Origin: Bdellovibrionales bacterium
GTDB taxonomy: Bacteria > Bdellovibrionota > Bdellovibrionia > Bdellovibrionales > UBA1609
Reading direction: 5' to 3'
Assembly (NCBI GenBank): GCA_041740515.1
Contig: JBGSLV010000036.1
Coordinates: 4,429 to 68,428, forward strand
DNA: 64,000 nt
Shown: positions 47,401 through 57,700 of the stretch, in pieces
Numbering within the stretch: the first letter of the stretch is position 1
How the letters are laid out: the number at the start of each line of letters is the position of its first letter
Notes under the pieces: model-generated
What the model was told of the DNA's origin: nothing
The model's database searches: none
What the model saw: the letters and a program-made list of their open reading frames with translations, nothing else
Translations under genes and position numbers: made by a program

Positions 47401-50400
47401 TAATTGACAAATGGACCATCAAAAGAATTGGCTCTGGCTATGACATAGTCTTGCGCGCCAGCTACAGCATTCCAAGATAGTTGCAAACGATCCGATTGAG
47501 GAGCCATTGCAAAACCAGTTATAGGTGCATTTCTAAATCCAACAGTATTTGTAGGAGCTGTCTCATGACTTCCCCAAACCGCTGTGATTCGAAAAAAATT
47601 CATACCAGTTAATAAAGGTGCGGAACTCATAAATGTAGTGTTAATATTTTGGACAAAAGTAAATGGTCCAAGTTCATTGGCGGATCGGTACAATCTGAAA
47701 TTATTAAAATGTGAAGGTGATATCCAATCCAGCTGAACTCTATTATCTGCAGCAATGAAATTTAAAATCAAATTTCCCGGCGCAGATGGATTAACGTTTG
47801 CTCTTGCCGCTTTGATAGCAGTTGGATAACCGACGTAAATTTTATCGCCATCGATATCAAAAAGATAAGCTTGAACATAATAATAAGCCCCATCCATATT
47901 GGCTGTAGGATCAACCAAAGAACGTGGTGTATAGCCATCCACTAAAACTGAAAAATTTTTGTCAGGGTCTGAAGATTTATATACAGTGTAGAATAAATCC
48001 CCGGAATTGTAGGACCCAAAAGTGCTTGGTGCCGTCCAAGAAAGAATCACTTCGCCATCTCCAGGAGCAAGATTTAATTGTGGCGAATCCGAAGAGTAAA
48101 AACCGACAATATTTGAGCCCCCACTTTCAGAAAGTCCCCATCCTGCTCTGACACGAATGTAATTGATGTTATCATTGCCAAAACCACAATCATCAAATGA
48201 AGCTAAATCAGTAGAACCCATAAGCCCTAAAGAATTTTTTGGAAAGCCTTTATAAACATTAAATGTGTCATAGTAAGAAGATCTGGACCAATTTATTTTT
48301 AAACCCTGACCACCACCGCAACTAGCAATGGCATTAAGTGGAGTGATTGACAATAAGGTCGGAGCACTTGGATTAGCTTTTGGGACAGCTGAAGCTATAT
48401 TAGACTGGGAACTTTCACCGGCAGGATTACTGGCTTTGATTAAATAAAAATAAGTTTGTCCGTTCGACAAACCTGTATCTGCATAAAAAGTTGAAGTCGT
48501 TGTAACTCCTAGATCTGTAAATGGTCCGGCAAATTGTAAAGATCGAAAAATTCGATAAGTGACATTTTCAGGAAATCCACTCCAAGTCAAATTCACTCTT
48601 GAATCACCAACAGTAGTGACCAAATTATTAGAAGCAATTGGTGTTGGAGCTGCAATTGTGATACTAACTTCGGGGGAACTTTGGCTTCGCCCCGTAACAT
48701 TGGATGCAAACACGCGGTAATAATACGTCTCGCCATCAGTAATTTGTAAATCGTTATAGTTATTTCCAATCTGTTGACTGCTTAATACTGTATAAGGGCC
48801 ACCCGACTGGTTTGATCTTTCCACTGTGTATCTAGGAGTGGGATTTGCAAGTCCATCAGGAAGCCAAGACAAATTGACCGAACCATTTACATTGTTACTA
48901 GCCACCAAATTCGCTGGCGGTAAATTGTTATGTGTAAAATTGGTTAAAAATCGGCATGCAGATAAAGTTCCGACTTCATTTATTGTTTGGCCATACAAAG
49001 CCATTGTTGCATTCGGGTTTACTTGTATTGGCACACCAGTGGTTGTCAACAGAGTGGGATTTGCGGAAGTGACTAAACTTGTGCAGATGGAATTAGCATA
49101 AATACTTAAGTTAACTCGATTCATAAAATCTGGACTTAATGTGTAAGACCCAAACAGTCTAATCTCTTGGTTATAAGACGGAGAAGTAGGTGTAGTGCTT
49201 TGAAAGACAGGTGCGGCAGGTACAAGAATATTGTAAGTGTAAAAAGTTAAAAGCGTACAATTACTTTCATTACCTGCCGCATCGAAGGCTTTAGCATAGA
49301 TGGAAGTTTCAGCGTTGATATTCACATCAATCGTTATTCCTGTTGCATTAAATTGATTTGGTGTACCCTCACCCAGTTTTGTTACACAGGAGTCACTGTC
49401 AAAGAATTCAACTCTTGAAGGTGGCAACTGACTGGCTGGATTATCTAACACATCCCCTGAAATAGTCGGTGTCGAGGATTGATTGTTTGGTGAAATGGGA
49501 GCAATCCCGCTGTATGTTGGATTTACTGGAGACACATTATTATGAATATAAGTCGTTAAAAAAACACAAGCTGAAAAGTTACCGTAAATATCAACAGCGC
49601 GAGCAAAAAGCTGAGTGGTCGAATTTAAAGGCAAATTAGCAACAACTCCCGATGCTGTATATTGCCCTCTGGAAGCTGATGCAATCTGTGTGGTACAGGT
49701 TGGGTTGGTAAAAATCCGTATCGTTTCAATTGTAGGATCAGCTGTTCCTAAGATAGCAGGAGTACTAGAAAATCTTGAAGGCGAAGCAGGTACTGTGAAA
49801 GCAAATGTAGGATTCGGCGCAGGCACACTTGAATGTTCATAACTGGCATGGAAGGTACAATCGGACATATTACCTTCAAGATCAGAAACGCGGACGTAGA
49901 TGGGAGTGGTCGAATTGGTATCTAAGTTTAGCAAAATACCATTCACTTCATAATCATCGATATCCCCTTGACCCACACTGACAGTGCATAATTCATCTTT
50001 ATAGAAAAACAAATTTACTGTTCGAGCTGCCGCTTGCCCGATGATCAAAGGAGTTGTTGTTAAATTCGTAGGCGAAAGCGGATCTGTTCTATTAAACACT
50101 GGGTTTTCAGGAGGTGTAGTATTATGAATATAACTTGTTAAAAATGTGCAGTCCGAGCCATTATCAGAGCTATCAAAAGCTCGTGCGTAAATATTGGTTG
50201 TGTCATTGCTGCGTACATTTGTAACGGCACCAATTCCAATAAAATCAGGACGATTTCCAAAACCGATAGTGTTTAAACACAAAGCCGAATCATAAAAAAT
50301 AATCTCATCTGTATCGCTACTTGCCGAACCAAAAATTCTTGGCAAAGTCTTTTGGTTTGTGGGCGACATGGGACTTGCCCCTAAATATCCAAGAGCAGCT

Positions 50401-51350
50401 GGGGGTAAATTGTCATGAGTGTAAGTGGTAAATAAAGCGCATACGGATGGGGCTCCCATCCCATCAACGGATCTTGCATAAATAACTGTGGTTGCATTTT
50501 CAGGCAAAGTTACATCAAAGCCTGCCGTCTCAAAGTCACTGGGATCACCCGAAACCAAAAGGTTCATACAACCAGAATCTGTGTACAACGAAACTGTGAC
50601 TGAACCCACCGAGGTTGTACCTCTTATATTAGGCGCAAAAGAAGCTTTTGAAGGTGACAAAGGTGTAATGGCTAACAATTCAGGAAAGGGACTATTTACA
50701 TTTGAATGCGTAAAATCTGTCATGTAAACACAGCCCGACAATGTGCCAATAGGATCTCTGGTTCTTGCATAAATAGATGTTGTTTGGTTTAAAGGAAGCT
50801 GCACAGCTATGCCAGATTGCGCAAAATTACTTGCTGACCCCGAAGCTAAAGCTTGTGTGCAAATAGCGTCACTAAAAAATTCAACCGTTGACGACAATGG
50901 CAGTGCCTGCCCAAACAAACCCGGAGCCGTAGTAAATCTTGAGGGTGATTGGGGCGATATGGCAGTAAAAATTGGCTCCCCAGGAACTAAAGGGTCATGA
51001 CTAAAGTTTTCAAGCAGCAAGGTACATGTATTTAAAGCTTGCGATTTCACATAAAAATCAGTGGGCACGTTCACCGGAATTTGAACTAAAATTCCCGAAC
51101 TATTAAACTGCGCTACAGTAGCTTGGCCTACACTTACAGTTTGACATAAGTTATCTGTATGTACGGTGAGCAGGTCTAAATTCAAATAATCACTTGAAGT
51201 AACGCCAATAAGTCTTATTTGGGCCAAGACACTTGTGTAATCAATAAGTTGGCTAGAAGTCAGCGATACACTTAAATCTTCAGAAGAGTTTACACGCTCA
51301 CCATCAGCACAAGAAACTTGTAGCCCAAAAGCAAACAGTAATATTAGCAA
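44463..51350 (-). CDS. giant surface lipoprotein (about 2295 aa): 8 two-Cys Ig-like modules, 12 FN3 domains and a C-terminal triple module of unknown fold
   Basis: LLFAFGLQVSC lipobox-like N-terminus. About 98-aa modules follow the pattern SP.SP....P.I.G.......V.F..D..C.......F...G..V.L..N.TT.IYAR..D..GN.S.C...T.Y.H. The FN3 units follow V.L.W......Y.[VIL].RS...GP[YF].........Y.D......Y[YF]Y.V. The annotated start is TTG and is uncertain. Confidence 0.85.
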   Translation of the reverse strand: MLILLFAFGLQVSCADGERVNSSEDLSVSLTSSQLIDYTSVLAQIRLIGVTSSDYLNLDLLTVHTDNLCQTVSVGQATVAQFNSSGILVQIPVNVPTDFYVKSQALNTCTLLLENFSHDPLVPGEPIFTAISPQSPSRFTTAPGLFGQALPLSSTVEFFSDAICTQALASGSASNFAQSGIAVQLPLNQTTSIYARTRDPIGTLSGCVYMTDFTHSNVNSPFPELLAITPLSPSKASFAPNIRGTTSVGSVTVSLYTDSGCMNLLVSGDPSDFETAGFDVTLPENATTVIYARSVDGMGAPSVCALFTTYTHDNLPPAALGYLGASPMSPTNQKTLPRIFGSASSDTDEIIFYDSALCLNTIGFGNRPDFIGIGAVTNVRSNDTTNIYARAFDSSDNGSDCTFLTSYIHNTTPPENPVFNRTDPLSPTNLTTTPLIIGQAAARTVNLFFYKDELCTVSVGQGDIDDYEVNGILLNLDTNSTTPIYVRVSDLEGNMSDCTFHASYEHSSVPAPNPTFAFTVPASPSRFSSTPAILGTADPTIETIRIFTNPTCTTQIASASRGQYTASGVVANLPLNSTTQLFARAVDIYGNFSACVFLTTYIHNNVSPVNPTYSGIAPISPNNQSSTPTISGDVLDNPASQLPPSRVEFFDSDSCVTKLGEGTPNQFNATGITIDVNINAETSIYAKAFDAAGNESNCTLLTFYTYNILVPAAPVFQSTTPTSPSYNQEIRLFGSYTLSPDFMNRVNLSIYANSICTSLVTSANPTLLTTTGVPIQVNPNATMALYGQTINEVGTLSACRFLTNFTHNNLPPANLVASNNVNGSVNLSWLPDGLANPTPRYTVERSNQSGGPYTVLSSQQIGNNYNDLQITDGETYYYRVFASNVTGRSQSSPEVSITIAAPTPIASNNLVTTVGDSRVNLTWSGFPENVTYRIFRSLQFAGPFTDLGVTTTSTFYADTGLSNGQTYFYLIKASNPAGESSQSNIASAVPKANPSAPTLLSITPLNAIASCGGGQGLKINWSRSSYYDTFNVYKGFPKNSLGLMGSTDLASFDDCGFGNDNINYIRVRAGWGLSESGGSNIVGFYSSDSPQLNLAPGDGEVILSWTAPSTFGSYNSGDLFYTVYKSSDPDKNFSVLVDGYTPRSLVDPTANMDGAYYYVQAYLFDIDGDKIYVGYPTAIKAARANVNPSAPGNLILNFIAADNRVQLDWISPSHFNNFRLYRSANELGPFTFVQNINTTFMSSAPLLTGMNFFRITAVWGSHETAPTNTVGFRNAPITGFAMAPQSDRLQLSWNAVAGAQDYVIARANSFDGPFVNYDVASTATYQDTAVNVNTGYYYRVRARFSDLTEGQSSQVVLGQITTSTLPSNISLTVLGDTFMRVDWPSVPATTSYRVERALNIAGPYTIATTTATNTATIFGLNPQSLYYIRVVAIVAGVPQTSPVAQAWTFMPASAPSGITGNNQVTLSWTPMAGAIDYDIERSTDGSTFSAISTNYAMTNFTDNTASNGNVYFYRIKTNYPPLQLLSPISVGFSPGRIPLSPVQLHAENTGSGNDVNLTWTDVSGRTSFNIYRSTTSGVYGAPIQNTTSSSGTIVSGLVAGTTYYFRVTALNGFNESAPSNEVMIQSEMSTPKPDVQFNTTTSIGISWASVVNANTYNLYRSTNAVNFELIASGLPTTSYVDASIAPAQTYYYQYQAIAINGSEMATSLISDPVNVSIRPQTPVGLNLASQSTNSVELYWPNVPSIASYELLRSVNSGGPYSVIATLPPATTEYLDTTVIPGDSYFYVLRTVNSSGVISNNSNQVSVLLVSGPTNLTAVNGTSAVELNWDVIPSVTQYEVLRSESSSGPYGVVQTSVTTSALDSNVVAAVTYYYAVRGVYANGRRSVSSNTVSIIRDGSLRFQVPIELTDLAIASSGSNNIAFNRTLTTFDTNDYDGVTGLEFEVIGTNFDTTARSVGIVNESDVMMDFITIPANTFEPTVFKSPITINSGAQKLRLELEQTTSDGQLSVYSAKLLVNQVNATKTKIYYPLLSSDESPINVDADVFAYSTSDTVYHDFPQASLFTRRALSLDKIIEYNAWELETLISTVNGAEGILGLYNNNTSQLVAMTETRFSGPGVIITSIPFNEGVLQFRGVNEGHNYRLVLRCEYYCSTGSVRIHKAGLWVKLRNLSKTSLVYRIGSLNRMIGVETILTYQRAIFDRSQFTNPKVYYQVTADTDSLSQGSVDLMYHSASSGNLGLNLVTGSQIFINPATLNNYRSPEIVGLPINEKFVSRVSPSQGQITIRSSQILVESGP

Positions 51351-51392
51351 CCAAACACGTTCCAGAATAACTTCCTTAATAGTAAATTTTTT

Positions 51393-54300
51393 TTATTGAC
51401 CTAGAAACACTTTAATGAGCGCCTCCGAATCATCTAAAATGGTTATATCCAAAATTTGATCATTATTTAAATCATCGACAGCAATATGACTTGCATTCAC
51501 ACCCGTATTAATACTAGATATAGTTGCATAGTTGCCGGTTGGTGAACCAAACAAAATGGTTAGGTTTCGTTGCATACCATTGCCAACAATAATATCTTCT
51601 CGACCATTTCCGTTCAAATCACCTTTAGCCAGTGAAGTAGGTTCAATACCTGCTGAAAAATGATTGGCTGGATTAAAAGTTCCATCGCCTCGACCTTTTA
51701 AAATACTTACCGAAGATGATATGTTATTTGATACGGCTAAATCTAAGAAACCATCCGAATCAAAAAAACCAGCAATGATACCATTGGGGCCTGATTCAAC
51801 ATCAAAGTCTGCTGTTTGAAAGGTGCCATTGCCATTGGATAAAAACACTGTGACGGAATCATCGGACTGATTTACAACAGCCACATCCAAAACGAAATCT
51901 TCATTAAAATCACCAGCGGTAATATGTGAGGGTTGTGCTCCTGAAACTGAAGTTGTTCTTGGGCCAAATGATCCATCTCCTTGCCCAGGAAGAAAGTTCA
52001 TGCGATTTGCCCCACTGCAAGTTACGGCAACATCCATTAGACCATCGTTATTAAAATCTCCATGAACTATAGATGTGGGTTGTGAATGTACGGGATAACT
52101 TCCACCTGAAGCAAAAACACCGCCCCCTTGCCCCATAAAAACCCGCACTGAGCTTGCAGCATTAAGCACAATCACTAAGTCTACTAAACCATCGTTATTT
52201 AAATCTACAAAATCGGCATCAGTAGGACTATTGCCAACGTTTAAAAATCCAAGAGAACTAAACAAACCATTTCCTAAACCTTTGTGAAGAGTTATGGAAT
52301 TTGCGGCACGATTGACAACTGCTTTATCCAAAAATCCATCATTATCCAGATCATGACTGATCACTTTTACGGGTGTATCTGACACTGAGGTTAAAAAACC
52401 AAGTATTCCATCTGTTTGACCCGGTAAAATTTGAATTTTAGTTTCCCCATTAGAAACAATCAGTAAGTCCTGAAGCATATCCTGATTAAAATCTGAAGCC
52501 ATTATGTTGATGGGATTTGATAAAGTATTAATAGATGGTCTGATATCAAATGTCCCGGTATTCAAGCCGTAAAAAATTGAAAGCGTGCTATCGCCAACAT
52601 TAGCTATCGCTAAATCAATAAAGCCGTCGGCATTCAAGTCCTTAGCACTTAGAGCAATTGGCGTCAGCCCTACACTTGTAATATCCGGAATATCAAATGT
52701 TCCATCATTTAAGTTTAGAAATACCGAAATATTATCACTCCCACTATTTGTGACAATAATATCTTGAAAAAGATCACCGTTTAAACGAGCCATGGTAACA
52801 CTTGATGGGGCCACACCTGTGCTGTAAATCACTTGTGATGAAAAACCACCACTGCCATTATTAATATAAACACTCATCGTATCATCAGATGCGTTGATAA
52901 CAGCTAAATCTTCAAAACCATCGTTATTTAAATCACCTACCGCAACTTTTGTGGGTAGAGATCCAGAAGGATAAATAGTGGGTGAGTCAAAAGTGCCATT
53001 ATTATTTCCAAATCTTATTGCAATGTTGTTAGAAGCTCCATTGACTATCACAATATCTTTATCGCCATCATTGTTAAAATCACCAATGGCTACATCAACT
53101 GGTAAAGTTTCAAGGGGATCTTGCAAAGTATTTACGGCCGCACTGAAAGAACCATTGCCAACTCCAGCTAAAAATGAAAATTGCCCAGTCCCATTACAAA
53201 CTAAAATTAAATCTTTATTGGTGTCATTATTGAAATCCGCAAACGCCATGCCCGAAGGGCCGCTGCAAAGACCAGTTAGTTTGGACTGTGTGGTAAAAAG
53301 TCCGTTGCCTCGTCCCAAAAATCTAGAAATGGTAGCTTCACTTTTGTTTAAAACAAAAATATCATTGAAACCATCATTATTAAAATCACCAACCAAAGTA
53401 TTTTCGGCACCACTACCCACATTATAATTCAAATCAAAAGCTCCTGAATTTCTACTTTGACTTGATAATAAAAAGCGAGCTTTACTTAATCCTGAAGCAA
53501 CCACATCGGGTAGAGTTCCAATTAGGGGTAAAACAGAAACATAGGATCTTGCTGCATTATACCCTTGAAGCACCGATACCGTTGCCGTTCCTGATGCATT
53601 CGTGCGACGTTCTGAAGGACCAATGATATGAACATCCCCAGCTGTTCGTTGGAAGAGGACTGGATAATTTGATACGCCATTACCAAAACGATCTACAACT
53701 CGTATACTAATAGGTTCAGAAAAACTTTGCCCGATAAATGCGGACTGATTATTTCCACTAAGAGTAGGAAACTCAAAATGATCAGCGACATCTGCTAAAA
53801 CTTGAATGTTTATCTGTTGTGAAAATCCTTGGTTGTCAGTCACAGTTAAAACATCGGTGACGCCAGCTCGGGATCCCGCCGTATAAGTACTGGTGCTTGA
53901 ATTGTAATTCGCTGTCAGCGAATTATTTTGCGTTAACACAACCGTATATGGTGCTGTCCCGCCGGTGATATTAAAAACTTCACTTTGGCCAACAACGATC
54001 TGTGGATCATTTGGGATTACGCTTAATGACTGTTTTTGCCAAACTAAATTTAAGCTGGCTTGATTACCCGCTAGATCGGTTTGTCTGATTTCAATATTGT
54101 AATTGCCGTCAGCAAATTTAGGTAAACTTATACTAAATGTCGAATTGGAACATGTCGTAGAACCTGTACCATCATTGGCTAAACTAACCAAAGCGCCTGT
54201 TTCACAGCCCCCTTGAATATTGAGTACAGCCTCGCTAGAGCTATGTGGGTTACTGGGAGGATAAGTTAAAGAAGGTTGAGAGACGCTGGTTTTTCGATAC

Positions 54301-54671
54301 CAAATAAAACTCACTGGGGCTGAAATGTTTCCCATATCATTTTGAGTTAGAAAATAATTATAAACGCCATCGGTCGTTTGGCTTAGCGCAAAAGAAAATT
54401 CAGAGTTGGAGCATATCGTTGAGGCGATCGAGGCTCCAGAGAGAGAAATTAAACTCCCCGATTTACAAAGTCCTTGAATTGATAAAGTACTTCCTTGCGA
54501 GTAATAAGGGTTTTGTGCAGGAATACTTAAAACAGGTACTTCTATATCGGGACCATTGTTAGAGCTTTGAACATTAAGATTTTGTTTACAAGATATAAAA
54601 TTAATAACAGCAAAAAATGCTGTTATTAATTTTATAATTTTAAAACTAAAGTCAACGTTCCCTATATTCAT
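51393..54671 (-). CDS. lipoprotein with two-Cys Ig-like modules, Big-like domains and about 14 FG-GAP/VCBS repeats (two integrin-alpha-like propellers)
   Basis: Lipobox FAVINFISC. GDFNNDGFNDIFVLN-type Ca-binding FG-GAP loops repeat about 14 times. The N-terminal modules contain IRQTDLAGNQAS, like the repeats of the 10924..16419 protein. Confidence 0.85.
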   Translation of the reverse strand: MNIGNVDFSFKIIKLITAFFAVINFISCKQNLNVQSSNNGPDIEVPVLSIPAQNPYYSQGSTLSIQGLCKSGSLISLSGASIASTICSNSEFSFALSQTTDGVYNYFLTQNDMGNISAPVSFIWYRKTSVSQPSLTYPPSNPHSSSEAVLNIQGGCETGALVSLANDGTGSTTCSNSTFSISLPKFADGNYNIEIRQTDLAGNQASLNLVWQKQSLSVIPNDPQIVVGQSEVFNITGGTAPYTVVLTQNNSLTANYNSSTSTYTAGSRAGVTDVLTVTDNQGFSQQINIQVLADVADHFEFPTLSGNNQSAFIGQSFSEPISIRVVDRFGNGVSNYPVLFQRTAGDVHIIGPSERRTNASGTATVSVLQGYNAARSYVSVLPLIGTLPDVVASGLSKARFLLSSQSRNSGAFDLNYNVGSGAENTLVGDFNNDGFNDIFVLNKSEATISRFLGRGNGLFTTQSKLTGLCSGPSGMAFADFNNDTNKDLILVCNGTGQFSFLAGVGNGSFSAAVNTLQDPLETLPVDVAIGDFNNDGDKDIVIVNGASNNIAIRFGNNNGTFDSPTIYPSGSLPTKVAVGDLNNDGFEDLAVINASDDTMSVYINNGSGGFSSQVIYSTGVAPSSVTMARLNGDLFQDIIVTNSGSDNISVFLNLNDGTFDIPDITSVGLTPIALSAKDLNADGFIDLAIANVGDSTLSIFYGLNTGTFDIRPSINTLSNPINIMASDFNQDMLQDLLIVSNGETKIQILPGQTDGILGFLTSVSDTPVKVISHDLDNDGFLDKAVVNRAANSITLHKGLGNGLFSSLGFLNVGNSPTDADFVDLNNDGLVDLVIVLNAASSVRVFMGQGGGVFASGGSYPVHSQPTSIVHGDFNNDGLMDVAVTCSGANRMNFLPGQGDGSFGPRTTSVSGAQPSHITAGDFNEDFVLDVAVVNQSDDSVTVFLSNGNGTFQTADFDVESGPNGIIAGFFDSDGFLDLAVSNNISSSVSILKGRGDGTFNPANHFSAGIEPTSLAKGDLNGNGREDIIVGNGMQRNLTILFGSPTGNYATISSINTGVNASHIAVDDLNNDQILDITILDDSEALIKVFLGQ

Positions 54672-54729
54672 ATTTTAAATTGCAAATTCCTATTTCATAG
54701 TAAAAAGTTAAACCCTCAACAGTTAAAAT

Positions 54730-57700
54730 CTATTTCGGAAATCGTGTCATACGATTGCCATTTTTGTCTGTGACATATAAAAAGTGGTCGTCTCCAAACA
54801 TCATACCCAAAGAGTCATTAAATTTACCCAAAGTAGATCCACTAGAGACTCTTCCGCCTTGACACCATCCGGGTGTCAAATCTGATGACCCAGCACAGCC
54901 TGGATCGCCACCACTGGTTGGGAATGAAGCTTGAATGCCACCTTTCCAACCTACAATAGTTCCTGTGGTTTTATCCATTTTCCATATAGCAGCGCCATTG
55001 CCACTTCCACATGTGTTGGCATTCATACCGTAAATAAAATTTGAATCAACCCATACACTCACTGGCATTGAGCAGTCTAGACCATTACCAATATTGGCAA
55101 TGTTAGCAGCGGCACTTTGCCACGTGTTAACGTACATATCTTGTCGTGTGCTAGTGGATTCCACCAACACGCCACCAAAAGTGTATTTGTCGATACGGAT
55201 ATTTCTAGTATTGGTGATGTATAAGTGCGAACCGTCTGTGGCTATTCCACCTCGATCATAGTTACCCCAATCAAAGTTAAAACCACCACCACGATCATTT
55301 CTATAACTCGCTAAAGAGGCCGAACCACCTAAGCACCATCCTGCCACGGATACCACATAGTTGCCATTACTTGCTGTTGTACAACCTGGATTTGGCGCTG
55401 AACCCACTCGACCAATCCAACCATTGAAATTTCCCGTAGCCGCATTATAGGAGGACACACGGTGATTTCTTGTATCAACTACATATAAATTCCCACCATG
55501 GAAGACAATAGCTGTGGGTTGATACATTTGACCATCCCCATTACCTTCTCGGCTAAGTCCACCTAAACACCAACCCGGAGTAAAAGAGTTCACTCCAGCG
55601 GCTGTACATCCAGGATCGCCACCGGTTGGAATATTAGCCACAGAATTTCCAATGCGACCAATCCATCCCCCATAAGCACCAGTATCAAGATTGAACCTTT
55701 GAATTCGATGTAAACTAAAATCAGTTACATACAACCATGTGCCATCAGTGGTTAAACCGTGGGGTCTTTGCATTATACCATTAACGTTGGAAGCAATTAA
55801 GTTTTGATCACCCCATGTGAAAGACGGATAATTACTGGCTCCTAAACACCAACTCGGTGATGGCCCCATAGCATTGGCCGCTAAACAGGAAGCTGGATTT
55901 TGTCCTCCCGTAGCGGTCGAGGTCATAGCTCCGATCCAACCTATTAATTCCCCAGTGCGTTTATTAAATTTTTTAACTCTAGAGCCATCCACTTCGGCCA
56001 TAAACAAAAAATCACCCACAATAAGTGAACCCATAGGATTATAAGTCGAATAGTCATCAAAGCCATGAAATTCCACTCGTGCTTGTCTGTCAGAAGACCA
56101 TGATCTTGGACTGATGCTCTCTAGACCAATGCTGCCTTGATAATTACCTGTGCTAACGCTGAATTTTTTAAGCATAGGAAAGCGTCGACTGATGGTCACA
56201 AATGAGCCTGAACCATCTAAAGCAAGGCCCCAATTATCCAAGAAAGAAGTTTCATCTAAACCTGGTTTGTAGGTTCCACCCAAGCACCATCCCGGTGTGT
56301 TTTGATTTGACGCCAACGAGTTACAGCCTGCATTACCACTCATGCCTGAAGGGTTGGCGACTTTCCCCATCCAAGATTCTATGAGGCCAGTTGCACCAAC
56401 TTTTAAAATACGCTCATCATCGGCCACATAAAAGAATGATCCATCAAAATCCATTGCAATAGGATTGTTCCAATTGAAACTTAAATTGGCTAATCGTTGG
56501 ATAAAGGCACCAGTATCAATATTATATCTATTGATCACACCACCATCACCACTATTTAGGACGTATAGGTTTGTGCCACTGATAACCATGTCACGGGCTT
56601 CACGAACACCACCTTGCACCCCACTTTGGGATTGAGCATTGGAATATAAAAACTCACCACCAAAACACCAACCTGGAGTCCGTTGACCTTGTGGAGTTGA
56701 AGTACAACCTACGGCTCCCCCAGTTGGAGTCACGTTAACAATACCTAACCAACCTTGAAAGGCCCCTGTGGCTTTATTATATCTTAAAACAGCACCAGAA
56801 ACGCCTACATACATGAATACAGAATCTACTTTTACACCGTTGGGGTTAATCATACGCCCATCACCGATTCGACTGTTTCCAGTATCAAGGCTTCCACCTC
56901 GACACCAACCCGGTGACACTGTACTTGTTGAAGTGTTACAGCTTCCAGGACCACCCGTTGCCGATCCACTTGGAGCTGTTGTACCTATCAGACCAATCCA
57001 CCCTTCGAATTCACCGGTATCAATACGGTGACGAGAGACTGAATTTGTATTTGAACTTGAAACATAAATGTAAGTATCATCGGCTGTAATGCCCCATGGA
57101 TTACTAAATCCCCCAGTTGATTCAGTACCATTGATTGACAATCCACCCACACACCATCCTGGCAATGGCTGATCATTGCCGGTTCCAACGCATAATGCAC
57201 TGCTTGGAATCGATTGCGCACTTCCAGATGGTCCTATACCGTTCTCGCGGCGCATACGCCCAATCCATCCACGATACTCTAATGATTGGTAGTCGTACTT
57301 GATCACACGGTTGGCATCATGATCTGCTACAAATAAGAACTGTTTATTTGGCGAAAAAGCTATATGATTCGCACCACGAATTCCATCATATCGTGCGGCA
57401 ACTGGTTTTACGCCCATTCTAAAAGGCAATAAATTTCCATTTGAATCTGTCTGAGTTGAAGCAGTTCCAACCCAACCTAAATCGCCAAGAACAGCCCATG
57501 CTTGTGTAGCAGCTGTTAAAACTCCAGCACTATGAGTCGCCGTCAAAGTTAAACTTGTTTCAGGAAACTGCCCTTTAAAGTAAAACTGTCTTGAGCTTTG
57601 ACCTGAAATAAAAGTTGTAGATGTAATGATTGCGGTACAATTATTATCGCTATAAAAAGCCCCTGAAATTCCTGCCCCAGATAAATTAGCTTGGGTTGTT

